Shown: positions 1 through 12,585 of the stretch, one piece after another
Layout of the letters: the number at the start of each line of letters is the position of its first letter
Position numbering within the stretch: position 1 is the stretch's first letter
From: Gekko japonicus
Taxonomy: Eukaryota
DNA: 64,000 nt
Assembly: GCF_001447785.1 (NCBI RefSeq)
Contig: NW_015161405.1
Coordinates: 1,089,835 to 1,153,834 of the forward strand
Direction: 5' to 3'
The notes under the pieces: generated by a model
What the model was told of the DNA's origin: nothing
Database searches by the model: none
What the model saw: the letters and a program-made list of their open reading frames with translations, nothing else
Made by a program: the position numbers and the translations under genes

Positions 1-1861
1 TCATCTGCCCTTGGCTGGGGAGCAGGGAGAAGGAGAAAAGAGAATTTTGGCCTCAAACGAGGTTGGAGTGAATCAGGGAAGAAAGGACAGAGTGAAAAAC
101 CCGGGGACAAAAGCTTGGCAGAAAGTCAGAGAAATCTGAATCCTAGTTACTTCACTGGAGTACTTTTTTCTGGCAAGGTAACTAGGAGTCTGAGCTCTGT
201 GACGGGACCTTTTGTATACTTATTGGTTTGAATAAAGCTGATTTAGTTCCAAACGGAGACTATGGAGGGGCAAGAATGGAGGCAGCAGGGCTCACATCCC
301 CCAGAGAACCTGATGGGGGAGCTGCCTCCTGCCTGGGTGATATGGATGTGGAAAAGGATGGTTAATGTTCAGTACTGTCTACTGTACACATCTTTCTGAA
401 AGATGTCTCAGGATTTTTTAAACCTCCTTTTTTGGGAAAACATGATTACTGGTAGACATCATAAGTGGCTTGAAGACTGTGACCTTTGAACAACATCCAA
501 TGGGAACTAACCACTGCAATTAAAGTTACCCATATCTGAATGTCTACAACAGGCATTAAAAACATTCCTAGGTGGTTTATAGTTTTATTAAGCAAAAGCC
601 ACCATTTGTCAAAGGGCAGAAAGTATTTACAATTTAATGGTATGTCTTAATTAAATGGAAACTGGTGGATTAAATAACAGCCCCTTGGTTTTCCCCATCA
701 CCCTGCCCTTACACACACCACAGATGCTTCCTAGATACTCCACTGGGAATCTAATGGAACGCTACAGACAGTAAAATAACATTTATATTGCACAAAGCTC
801 TGCTATTTGGTTAAAGAAAACACTCAGATTTTATGTTGCATTAACAACAAAAGGGGGGAGTCAGGTGAAGGAGAAAGATATTTAACGCGACTTACTGAAA
901 ATGGTTTTTACAGGTGGTTAACAAACGATACATTAGCATCCTAATTTAGGAATGCAACAAGACAAAGGGGAAGGTAGTTAAATATGTGTTTATATCCTAC
1001 TGAAGTTGATGGGATTTAACACAGTGGTTGTAGCTAAGCATTTTACTTAAGGACCTTCTCTCCTAAATGAAACGGTGCTGCTGCTACAAGTTCCTTTTAA
1101 CTGTTACGCCACCTTTGAGAAGTGTGTCGTCTGATGCCTTATATTTCATTACATTACCATTCTAAACTGTATCACATATTATTCTTCCTGTAATGGAAGC
1201 TTTCATGATATGCAGACTAATATATTCAGGACAACTGAGAACAATTGCTTGCTTTCAGGGATTTTCCCCACCTCACTAAATCCCCCCCCCCCCCAAGGAA
1301 TCAAATATTTCTAATTATGGCAAAGTTATGAATGCCAAAATATTTGTGTCATTTGGCTAAATGCTTCATTGTAAGCAGAACTGACACGCAAACAGTCCAT
1401 GTAAAACGTGTGAATATATTACAGTTTCAAGGCACTTTTTCATTCTCATACCAGCCATCGTTGACCCTAAGGGATGATAATGAAAATCACTGTAGACCCT
1501 TAACCGCTCCTGATTTTTGTTACCTTGCAATTGCATATATGCTCATATACAAAACCTGGCAGTGAAACACCAAACCAAAAACTTTCAACAAAAGATTTGA
1601 CAGAAGCTTCAGAAGGCCAGGGTGTAGCATGGATTCCACCTCTGAAATATGTAATTATGTTTTGCACTAGATTGGGTTTTTCTGGATTAAGGTGAATGGC
1701 CTACTGCCTTGCCAACTTCCTAGAAGTTAAAATTATTTTTTCTCGTGATTGATAAAAGGTTTTATAAACCCATTATACAGCACTAACTCCTGAGTCAGAA
1801 CGGATAGTGGTCCTAGAAGATCTTAGATCATTTTGCCTTACACTTTAGCACTGATTACTTT

Positions 1862-2245
1862 AACTAAGGGCCTTGGGAATGTTTAGTTTGGAGAAGAGGA
1901 GATTGAGGGGGGACATGATTGCTCTCTTTAAATATTTGAAAGGACGCCATTTGGAGGAGGGCAAGGAGCTGTTCCAGTTGGCATCAGAGGATAAGATTCG
2001 AAGCAACGGGTTTAAATTAGATGCAGAAAGGTATCGGCTGGATATTAGGAAAAACGTTTTCACGGTCAGAGTGGTTCAAAGGTGGAATCAGATGCTAGGG
2101 AGGTGGTTAGCTCCCCTTCACTGGCAGCTTTCAAGAAGAGGCTGGATGAATATTTGTCAGAGATGCTTTAGGCTGGACCTGCATTGGGCAGGGGGTTGGA
2201 CTAGATGGTCTGTATGACCCCTTCCAACTCTATAATTGTATAACT
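1862..2245 (+). mobile_element. CR1 LINE 3' fragment (ORF2 C-terminus and 3' UTR)
   Basis: Translates LGMFSLEKRRLRGDMIALFKYLKG...FTVRVVQRWN. Ends GGGTTGGACTAGATG...CCCTTCCAACTCTATAATT, a typical CR1 3' end. Confidence 0.93.
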
Positions 2246-3844
2246 GAGAGCTGATCTTGCTTCTTTCACAAGTTTGTCACAGGGACTTGCAGCCATACTG
2301 TAGCTGCAAGTACTTAGAGGAAAAAAGCACAGATGGGCCCAGTTCTGATCAGGACAGCAGAGCAGGGGGAGGAAGGGCTCCTGCCTCACCACCATGCCAT
2401 TTTCAGCAGCCAAAATGACTTGGGTGTGTGTGTGCGGGGCCAGATTTAAATACACCCGATTGGGAGGCTGCACATGCAAGCATTTAGAGGACTTGGGTAA
2501 GATCAATTGAAAAAGCTGGTTGGGTCCAACCACTTTCTTTTATCTATCATGTCTCTGGTCTAAAGCCTTCTATGGCTTTTGTGTATAATTCCAGAGTTTC
2601 TTCTACTTTTTGCTACTGGTGATGATTGAAGCACTTAAATAATTATTGAAAATGATTTGTTATTAAATTATCGAATAACCTTAATGTGTACTGTTTTCTC
2701 CTCTTTGTGATACACAGGAAGTGTGCCTCAAAAGCTCTTTTCACTGCTGCCCTGTGGAGGACTTGGGGTAAGTAGACTTTGCTTAAGTATAACAAGATGG
2801 CAGAAATAGCTTGCACTGTATTGGTCAATGGCTAAAATGCCAGCAGTTAAAAGAGGCTAATATTTAAACTACATTGTCCTTATCAAGATATCATACAGTT
2901 AGGAATAGATGAAGCCGCTTTACTCAGTCAACTCATGCAAAATTGCCAGCAGCTCTCTAAGGTTTTGAAACAAAGGGCCAAATGGGTCTGGGTTCTCTGA
3001 CCTAACTCAGTTTCTCTTCAGCCATATAGCAGCTGAAGCAAATGGCTTTTAAAAAATAAAGGTGAACTCAAATGGACTCAGAACACTGCTGTGGGGGAGA
3101 GGAAAAGCTCCTGCCTCCCCCATCAGCTGCAAGCTCCACACACAGAGAATACTCCACAACTCTATTTGTTAATTAAATGTAGCCAATGTTAGTTCCCAAA
3201 GGAGCTTGCAGGAATAAAACAACAGGTCTACAAATGACATTAAAATTCAATACAAATGAGTTGGATCCAGGGCAGTGTTCCCTCTAAACTTTGTGCATGA
3301 GCAGCTGCTCATTAACACAGGAAGCCCCGCTGTTACCCCAAATGCTATGTGTCACCCAAAACAGGCTGTCTCTTGGTTTTGTTGCTGTCACCTGTTTTTG
3401 TTGGAGGAATTAGCAAGGAGACACAGACTGCAGACCCATGAGCAGTTTGCACTGATATAATTGTGGTACCTTTGAGGATTTAAAAAGCACAATCAGACAG
3501 CAACATCTGCCTTCCGTGCCCCAGTCATCGCCACCTGTTCTGCCCTGCTTTGGAAATGGAGTTATCAGACACCGGGCAAACTCTGGTGTTTATAGATATC
3601 AGCACTTTCACCTCACATTTCCAGATGTCTGAACTCTCCTGGTGTGAGCTTAACCTAGTTGGGAAGTCTGATCACTCCGTTCCATTTCTGTTCCTTTTTA
3701 AAAAGTCATTTAGTGATGTGCGCATAACCGCATCTTTGGGCACACCAGCAAGCTTACAGCTGTCCTCTGAGTTGAGAAGGGGGGGGGAGGGCAGGCTGGG
3801 AAACCTCCTTTGTCTTTTTTCATGCGGGTTCCTCTGCCTACAGC

Positions 3845-4340
3845 ACACAGGGAGGGGAAGGGGTGAATTGAAAAGATGAGTTTTTTTTCAGAGGGGGAGG
3901 CAGCCTCCTCCAGCTGTCAAAATGGAGTGCTGCTTCAAATAAGCAGTTATGTGCATATGCACAAGGCAACTTTAAAAAAAAGAAGCCACCCAACCACCCA
4001 CTCTGCGGTCGCCTCAGAGAAATAATTCGAATGGTCGACCACGGGGCAGGAGCACAGTGAGGCCACTTCAGGGCGTGCTGTCTGGTCACTCCCTCCCGGC
4101 TTTGCAATACACAAGGTGGGAAAGGGGTTAATTGAAAAGGTGAGTTTTTTTCAGAGGGGGAGGCAGTCTCCTCCAGCTGCCGAAATGGAGCGTGCTCTGA
4201 ATAAGCAATTATGTGCATAAAAAGAAGCCACCCAACCACCCACTCTGTGATTGCCCCACAGCAATAATCTGAATAGTCGACCACAGGGCGAGCTCATAGT
4301 GAGAGCCCTTCAGGGTGTGCTGTTTGGTCACCCTTTCCCG
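3845..4340. repeat. Diverged two-copy tandem repeat, unit about 250 bp
   Basis: AATTGAAAAGRTGAGTTTTTTTCAGAGGGGGAGGCAG...AAGAAGCCACCCAACCACCCACTCTG...GTCGACCAC...CTTCAGGG occurs at about 3845-4110 and again at about 4110-4340. Confidence 0.85.
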
Positions 4341-4437
4341 CAACAATTTAAACCGCTGCAAATAGAGATGCTACGAGATCACACCAAGCCTCCAGTATGA
4401 CTGCAGCCAGAGCTTCTGGGGGGGGGGGGTAATCTAG

Positions 4438-5164
4438 TGAGATCCTCCTACCGGCATTTATGGGGATCTTTCCCTTTTGGGGAACTCCCAGAAATAAACC
4501 AGGCAGTTACTAAACCAAGAAAAGGTTGTTTTATTGAAAGAGGAAAATGGTATCAAAAACAACACCCATACAGAACTAAAAGTATACAGTTAAACACACA
4601 CACACTAACAGGAAATATAGGTGGGAACAGAAATAGAGGAGGGTTTGGGGGGAATTATAGTTACCAGTCCAGAAGATCAGAGGTCCGAGGAGAAAAGCAA
4701 GATGGCCAGCATCATGGGTGTGCAGTTTGGATCCAGGAAAACACACAGAGCAATGGGGCTGAGCATGTCCAGTTATAGGGCAAATTGTTACCTGAGGGCA
4801 TGGTGATGCAATTGCCCCTTGAAACAAAGCATTGATGGGTTTAACTAAAAATCTGAATAGTGTTCCCAGGAATGGACAAAGGGAGATGTTTGGTAGGAGT
4901 TCCTGATGCAAAACAAAGTTTGAGTTGAAACTCTGATTGCTTCCTCTGGTGATTCAGAGTGCTAATGGTTTTCCAGTTAAACTAACCACATGTCAAAAAC
5001 ACTACTTGAAGACCCTTCTTTTGTGTTGGATGAGAAACCTGTCTGTGTTAGGGGCTGCTTTTGTGAGAGAAAAGTGGGCAGAGGGAAGATGATGTAAGGC
5101 TGATAGGATATCCAGATAGTGTTAGCTCTGGGGCGAGGCAGGTCTGTTCCAGCTTCTGCAAACA
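4438..5164 (-). mobile_element. Possible solo LTR
   Basis: TG...CA-bounded block of about 730 bp with a minus-strand AATAAA (TTTATT near 4530). No TSD found. Confidence 0.3.
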
Positions 5165-5196
5165 TTTGGGATGGAGGGAGAGGCCATGGCAGGATC

Positions 5197-5415
5197 TAGG
5201 GTTGCCAAGTCTGGTTTGGAAAATACCTGGGGACTTTGGGGGTAGATCCAGGAGAGTGTGGGGTTTGGGCAGGGGAGAGGTCTCAGCATGGTACAATGCC
5301 ATAGAGGCCACCCTTCAAAGCAGCCATTTTCTCCAGGGGAGCTGATCTCTGTCAGCTAGAGATCTGTTGTAAAAGTGGGAGATCTCCAAGCCACACCTGG
5401 AGGCTGGTAACCCTA
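5197..5415. mobile_element. hAT-type MITE (TAGGGTTGCCA family)
   Basis: TIRs TAGGGTTGCCA / TGGTAACCCTA. 8-bp TSD gcaggatc / ccaggatc with one mismatch. Confidence 0.9.
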
Positions 5416-6843
5416 CCAGGATCAGACCAAGATTTTACACCTTTTAGAATCAATGCCTAGACATGTCTGTGAGGCCTGCCATCCTGGCATCCATCTTGTG
5501 TACTTTTTGAAAAAGCTGTCTGGCATATGAACTCCTGGGGAGCTATTAAATGACTTACCTGTCAGCAAAGAGAGAGGGTCTGCCTGCTTACACTGCTCAG
5601 CAGCAATCTGGAGCCACACAGGGTCTTGTGCTGCCCATTGCCCATTTTAAGATTACAGCAGTTATATTCTGCTCAGGATGTGAACTGCTCCGCTTAGTAG
5701 GGGCAAGAGTTAGAGGGAACATCCAGGCACTGTGGAAACCTGTCTAGTTTCCTGACCTCCTTTTAATGGTCCCATTTGTAAGCAAAGGCTGGGTGGAAGT
5801 TTCTCAATGGAGCTGAATCCAGGCACCATGGACGAGTTTATTAAAGGACATCTTCATGGTTTATAGACAGTGCTATGACTTAAAGAGCTGTCTGTGACAT
5901 TGCAGTGCCAGCCTGCGTACAGTGAGAAAGTGGTGCAGAGTGGAGAACTGTGGGAGGAAAGAGCATCTGAATGTAAAAGAGGTTGAGGTGATAGTCTGAT
6001 AGTGGAATTGCAAGGCTAGCAGCTGGTTGATCTTTTTTTCATGGGGACGTCCCTGCTATAATGGTGGCAGACTGTTTTATCGGCTCACCTTCTCCACTCA
6101 ATGAATAAAGCCCACTGTTAGTGTTTCTCCTTCCACTGCTGTCCACATGTGTTCTTCCATACTATTTCCAGTAGGCTCTGGAGAAAAGGGATGAACCACC
6201 ATCACCACCCTGCTGTTGACCAACTTGCTCTTTTCCCAGCTGTCTGCCATGGTGGTAGTGGTGGCTCTACTCTTTCTGCTCTACAGTCAGCTTGCTCTCC
6301 CCAGCAGTTGCCCAAGTGCTGAGCTGACAGTGCAGAGGGTGCAAAGCAGGGTGGGCACCACATTGCGGAGTGGTGCTTAGAAGAGTCATAAGCAGCATGT
6401 AAAAGATCCACTGTTAGGGTTCCCACTTGCAGGTACAAGCAGGCAATCTGCTGCCAATGCTCCTCATCCCCTGCATTGATTTAGTGGAGCAATGGGGGTG
6501 GTGGTTATGGAGGGGGACACCTTTCCCCTTTTTCAACACTTCCCTCCCCTTGCCCTGCCTCTCAAAGCTCCCTGGCTGCACTATAGGAGCGTGTCAGGCA
6601 TACAAGGCAGTGAGTAAATATCACTACCTTACCTGTTCCTCCACAGCCACCCACTTCTTTTCTACCTATACTCATTGCACATTGTCAGTCCTATGTCCTA
6701 TCTTATCTCATTTACTGAAAATGGCATCAGAAGGGCAAGTTCTCCCCCTTCCTGGCATAACATCTAGGAACACTTGCCTGTAACATAGTGTCCTCAGTTG
6801 ATGATACAGTGATAGCAAATGGGCATGGTGAAGCTCACAATTG

Positions 6844-7050
6844 CTGTAGTGGTTGGGGTACCAGTCTAGGATCTGAGAGGTTTAAGTCCTCACTCTCCCA
6901 TGAAGCCTGCTGTGTCACCTTGGGCCAGGTGCTCTCTCTTGGCCTAAAGTACCTCACAGTGTTATTGTGGGGATCAAATGGAGGAGGAGAGAATGCTGTA
7001 TCCCATCTTGAGCTCCTTAGAAGAAGGGCAGGATAAAAATGTGCTAAATT
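6844..7050 (+). mobile_element. tRNA-derived SINE (Squam3-like, L2-type tail)
   Basis: TGTAGTGGTT head, ACCTTGGGCCAG core, GGGCAGGATAAAAAT tail. Similar to other copies in the window. Confidence 0.75.
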
Positions 7051-10019
7051 AACAGATTGTTTAATGGTGTTACATCATATGATGAGTGCTCCTAGGACAT
7101 TTTTTTATGATGAGGAGAAACTGCCATGGAAATGTCCTTCTCAGCACCAGCCCTATAGCGGGTATCATCACGTAGCTCTCACGTACATTGTAAGCCCTTT
7201 CATGCTGTAAAAAGCATAAAAGAGAACATATTTTAACAGCATTTATCACACTGTTGATGCGACATGAATATTAAGTAATAGAACAGCGGGAAGAATACCA
7301 GATTATCCACAAAAGCTACATATCAGATCCACATTGTCTAACATACCGGGCATATTTAATCCAAGGAAATTCTGAAATAACTTCATAGCCTTGTTGGTCT
7401 TTTTGTTGTTGTTGTTGTTAAGCTGATAGGCATAAATATATAAATAAAAGAGGAGGAAGAGCCAACTTTTATGATAATATCATCAGCTTCCAGCTTCAAA
7501 GCTTCTGCGGCTTTTGAGTTGTCATTTATAACTTGGAACTGAACCTGGCCAGAATTCCCTGGATACACTTACCAAAATTGATAACAGACTGCCTCTTTTA
7601 TGGCTCAGAGGAGGCAACACCAATCACATCACTATTGGCAGTCAATATGATTTTTGACATGCTGTAAAAAAAGCATAAAAGGTCTTATGGCATTTGTTTG
7701 GATGAGGAATGGGCTCTCAAGCTGTGCTGGGGTAAAGTTTGGGTTTGGAGCTTGGTACCCCAGAGACTGCCCTGCAGACAAAAGAGAATTCCACATTTAT
7801 CTTATAAACTGAGGTAGCTGCCCAGAGCTGCATTGCTAAAAAAATAAAGGAAGGAAAATAAGAGGAGAGGGAAAGGTCATTGTACAGTGCCAGACCTTTC
7901 ATTTTAATGAAGCCGTGCGGTGGGACAGCCAGCACACACCTTGTAGGAATCCAGTTTTGTACTAGAGAAGTGTTCAGTTAGGGTTAACTGCAGAAGTCAC
8001 AGTGTGCAGAACTCACTGTAGTAAGTTTAGCCAACGTAATTACTTCTGGCCAATCAGAATGATTTGAGGTGTGCTATGAATGTGCCGCTTTAAAAATGGT
8101 GTTAATGGAAAATATATCAAACCTACCGATTGAGGTCAAATTCTATTAATCTAGGAATGACTAGGCAACATGTTATGAGGAGCCAGAGTGCTGTGGCTAA
8201 TTTGCATGGTTTATTTGCATGTAATTAACATTAGCTGCTTATGATAGCCATGAACATGGCAGGTGCCACAGCAGATGTCTCTGTTTTGAAAATGTTCTTC
8301 TATCATTCTTTCCCTCAGAGTGTGAAAACAAAACCTAGCCTTTGAGAAAGGCTTGAGAAATCTTAGAAATAATAATAACCTTAGGAAATTAAAATGGTAT
8401 GAATAATAGTCTTCCTCAATCCTAGAAGTACAATTACAATGCTTGCCATCTCTTTGTGATTTACAGCTGCTTTTTCTGAAACTGTAAAGGCTACAAATGT
8501 TATACATATTTTAAATGAAAACTGTGGTCCAGACAGAGGCACAGAGGTGGATAGGGAGAGAAACTACATGTGTGGTTGCATAATGATCAGGAGCTAGATG
8601 GTGGTTGACTTCTCCAGGCTTCATTCTAAGCTCCTACAACCTGCTTGCAAGGCCAGTACAGCTGGTTTTAGCAAGTTTGGCTAATGTTGACCCTCCATCC
8701 CCCTCAAACAGGCACCATGAATTCAATTTGAGTTGTGCCAATAAAATCTTTAGTCTCTACCTACATAGCAGGCAAGGGTCCCCGGGGTAGTTCTCTGCAC
8801 TTCCTTTCCCTGGCCTCCTTGAGTTCCTTCCTTACGTGCACTCATGTAAGTTCCTTCCTTGAGTTCCTTCCTTACGTGCACTCATGCCTTTCCTGAGCCT
8901 GGGCACATGAGTTGCTCCCACCTTTCACTGCCCAAATCCTTGTCACAACTGCCCTTAAAATCTTCTCTTAGCTTTGGCCATCCAAGTGGAATGCCCTCCC
9001 CTAACTTCATAGCTCCAGCCCCCAACAGCCAGGCTCTTCCCAGCTGGTGCCCTTCTGGCCAGACTTGCATAATGGGTCTATTGTCCCCAGCTAGGTTTCA
9101 CCACGGGACCCTTAAAGGCACCCTGCCTCTATCCAACACCACAGTGCCCATTCCTGAATTAGGACGAGGGACAGGTGGGAAGTGTCCTACAACTTAATAA
9201 GCTTAGGCATCAGGTAAGTCCTTTGTGACTGCCTGGCAGAAAATGACCCCCTGACTGTACATAGGATTTTCAAAATATCCATCCACCATTGATTCTCTGA
9301 TTTCAGTCTAGGGGGTGCTGATGAGGTCTCCTTGAAAGTTGGAATTTTTCCTAGATGAGGCATCATGGAATGTGACAGAAGCCTACTTGGATCAGGGTGC
9401 TTTTCACACCATGATCATTTAGTGTTGGTTTTGCATGGCTTTTTCACTATCTTCTGGATGCTGAATGATCACTGTGGTTCTATGCACTTAATACAGATCA
9501 ATATTCCTATAACCATGTACAATGCATATCCTCACAGCAAAGCAAAAGGTGGGAGGCACTTATTAGCCTTTCTTGGATGTGTCACCAGAAAGCCAAACAG
9601 GGATGCCTGCCTGCCTGCTCTCCTTGCCTGCCTCCCTTCCCTTTCTCCATGCATTTTGCAAATGTAGTAAAGACTCAGGAAAGCTGCCAGAAATCCTTGC
9701 TTCCCTCACCCCTTTTCTTCAGATGTGGAAAGGGAACCTTCCAGTCCATTTCAGGCAGCTTGATCTAGCACAGTTTGCTTCTATAACATTCTGATCCATT
9801 TTAGTGCAGATTCTCCAAGGCCTTTATTTGTTCTTCAGATACTGTCAGACACAGTATTTCATTGTTACTTACCTGCAGAGGCATCTCATTTCCCCCATCA
9901 CTTGAATTTCCTCTTTCATTGTTCTGAAAGCCCCCATCATATATGCCCTTTGCCTGATACGTTCTTTCCTTCCCACCCACCAGCCAGCTTAGCTTTATTG
10001 CCCACCATCTTAAGATGTA

Positions 10020-10257
10020 CTTATTATTTACTTCCTTCATTTATACCATGCCTTTCTTCCCAATGGGGACCCAAAGCAATGTACATCATTCTCCTCTACT
10101 CCATTTCATCCTCACAACAACCTTGTAAGGTAAATTAGGTTGAGAATGTGTAACTGGCCCAAGGTCACCTACTGAGCTTCTATGTCAGAGTCATAATTCA
10201 AACCTGCTTTTCCTGGATCCTGGTCCCAAACTCTAACAACTGCACTACACTTGCTTT
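10020..10257 (-). mobile_element. Squam3-like SINE
   Basis: Reverse-complement copy: TTTATACC...ATCCTCACAACAACC...TGGCCCAAGGTCACC...CTCTAACAACTGCAC. Confidence 0.8.
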
Positions 10258-10688
10258 TGTGAAGGGGGCTGCTATTGAACAATAGCATGCAGCCAGTCCT
10301 GGTTGAGTCATGCAAGTCATGTGGTATTAAGTAACCCGGTGGTCGCTGACAGGCCTGGCCCTGATGGGCCACCCTCAAAGGCCCGAACAACCCTTGAAGG
10401 GATCCTGACCCATCCCCCTGCCTTTTACTAACATAAACCAGGGCTCAAAGACCAGCAATACTTAGTGTGGTTACTTAGCAACAGCCACTGAAGGCATTCA
10501 TTTATTAAAGCTACAGGCACTGTTTCTATTATTTTAGAGGGTTTTTAACCCCCTATTTTCTTAAAGTTTTCAGATTTTTCTGCAAACCTGGGGTATTTTT
10601 CAGGTTTGTCGAAAGACCTGTCTTTAACGGTTCATGGCATCAGTCTCTAGATTTAAATTTCCACAGATTTGGCCATTAGATGTATTAA

Positions 10689-10882
10689 AGTAATTATTTT
10701 ATAGGATGCCGAGGTCCATAGACTGTAAAAAAAAATTAGTTTAGAATCCAATTCAACTTTCAACCATTGTGTAACTAACTTCCATGAGGTACAATGGAAG
10801 AAACTCTGTAAAAATATATGTTAATCGAATATGTGTTCAACGATATATAAAATCAATAAAATATATTATATATAAAAAAGAA
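10689..10882 (+). mobile_element. Short 5'-truncated retroelement 3' stub (probably L1-type)
   Basis: AATAAA followed by an A-rich tail. Flanked by a perfect 14-bp direct repeat ATTAGATGTATTAA (10675-10688 and 10883-10896). Confidence 0.7.
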
Positions 10883-10947
10883 ATTAGATGTATTAATGAT
10901 GACAATAATAGTAATCAAGACAAAGTTATGAGCAAAAAGTATAACAT

Positions 10948-12585
10948 TTACAAATTCATACTTCCTTCCCCATCCTCATTAGAGATCTTATAGTCATTAT
11001 TTAGGAGAGAAATTGGCCTGTAGTTCTTTACATTCGTTAGTTCTTGGCCTTCCTTTGGTATCAATGAAATGATTGCCTCTTTCCATGAGTCTGGCACTTT
11101 CTTGCACATCCGTATGTCGTTGGATAAAGCTTCCAGGGCCGGGACAAGTTCCTCTTTCATTTTTTTATAAAACTTCGCGGTAAATCCGTCCGGCCCTGGC
11201 GCCTTCCCCAACTTCGCTTCTTCAATTGCCTTCCTCACTTCCTCTGTTTGGATTGGCCCATTTAGTAAATCTTTAAACTCTTTGCTTATTTTGGATAGTG
11301 GAATCTCTTCTAAATATCTTTCAATCTTCTCAAGATCAATTCTATTTGCTTGAAACAATTTAGCATAATACTTGAAGAAACTTCTCTTTATACCATTAGG
11401 GTCAACGAATTCTTTTCCTTCTTCTATAATTTTGGTTATCATTCTTCTTTCTTTTCTTGCTTTGAGTTGCCAAGCTAGATATTTCCCCGGTTTATTCGCC
11501 CCTTCAAAAGATTTCTGTTGTAACTTCTTTAAATTCCAATAAAGCTCTTGGTTCAAAAAATCATTCAGCTGTTCTTTCAGCAACTGTAGTTCTCTAATAA
11601 TCTTCTTTTTCCCCGGTTTCTTCTTCAGTTCTTTTTCTTTTTGGGCTATTTGTTCCAATACTTCCACTTGCCTTTGAAGTTTTTCCTTCTTTTGCTTCAC
11701 ATTTTGTGAGATGAGAATCCCTCTCATCACAGCTTTGTAAGCGTCCCACACTACCTGTATTGAAGTCTCTTTATTCAGATTTTGTTGGAAATATTGTTTT
11801 GTTTCTTCTTTTAACATTTCCATAACACCTTTTTTATCCAACAAATCTTCATTTATTCTCCAAAGAAAGGATTTATTCCTTTCAGTAGAGGTCCACAAAA
11901 CAGGGTTGTGATCCGAGTTACATCTAGGCAGGATTTCTATTTTTTGTGTTTTCATTGACAATTCTTCTGACATCCAAATCATATCAATTCTGGAAAAAGA
12001 GCAATGTCTATTGGAATAAAAAGTAAAATCTTTCTGCGTTGGGTTCCATTTCCTCCACACATCTTCTAGTTTTTCCTGTTTGACTAGTTCAAAAAAGTTC
12101 TTTGGCAATTTTCCACTAATTTCGTTGCCTTTTTGTGATTGTCTATCCAGCCGATCTATAGTTCCATTAAAGTCTCCGGCCAAAATAACTTGATCATAAG
12201 TTTGTCCTTGTAGGTGTTCAGTTAAGTCCTTAAAGAACTTTTCTTTTGCTCCATTGGGTGCGTATATATTGACCACCAGTGTCTTTTTCTGTTGAATCAT
12301 CACTTCCACACCCACATATCTTCCTTCCAAATCTTTGAAAATTTCTTTAGGTTGTAAATCCTTTTTCACATATATCACCACACCTTTTTTCTTATTTAAG
12401 GCCGAGGAATAAAATTCTAATCCCAATTTAACATTTTTTAAATATTTGGCATCCAGTTTTCTAATATGAGTTTCTTGCAAGCATATCAAGTTACAATTTT
12501 GTTTTTGTATCCAATAATTGATTCTTTTCCTCTTGTTAGGTGAATTTAATCCATTCACGTTCCATGACAACAATTTGTAATCCAT
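10948..12585 (-). CDS. L1 ORF2p, truncated: APE endonuclease and linker, RT lost
   Basis: SWNVNG, LQETH, NIYAPN, AGDFN, SRIDMIW, SDHNP, KAPGPDGF, YRPISLLNNDYK, then 12 unrelated residues and a stop. No QG or YADD motifs. Confidence 0.92.
   Translation of the reverse strand: MDYKLLSWNVNGLNSPNKRKRINYWIQKQNCNLICLQETHIRKLDAKYLKNVKLGLEFYSSALNKKKGVVIYVKKDLQPKEIFKDLEGRYVGVEVMIQQKKTLVVNIYAPNGAKEKFFKDLTEHLQGQTYDQVILAGDFNGTIDRLDRQSQKGNEISGKLPKNFFELVKQEKLEDVWRKWNPTQKDFTFYSNRHCSFSRIDMIWMSEELSMKTQKIEILPRCNSDHNPVLWTSTERNKSFLWRINEDLLDKKGVMEMLKEETKQYFQQNLNKETSIQVVWDAYKAVMRGILISQNVKQKKEKLQRQVEVLEQIAQKEKELKKKPGKKKIIRELQLLKEQLNDFLNQELYWNLKKLQQKSFEGANKPGKYLAWQLKARKERRMITKIIEEGKEFVDPNGIKRSFFKYYAKLFQANRIDLEKIERYLEEIPLSKISKEFKDLLNGPIQTEEVRKAIEEAKLGKAPGPDGFTAKFYKKMKEELVPALEALSNDIRMCKKVPDSWKEAIISLIPKEGQELTNVKNYRPISLLNNDYKISNEDGEGSMNL

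Noticed and set aside
8817-8886. Short direct repeats (also about 20692-20749 and 22411-22455) as a CRISPR-like array
   Set aside because: Two-copy slippage duplications in vertebrate DNA, with no spacer array or cas genes.
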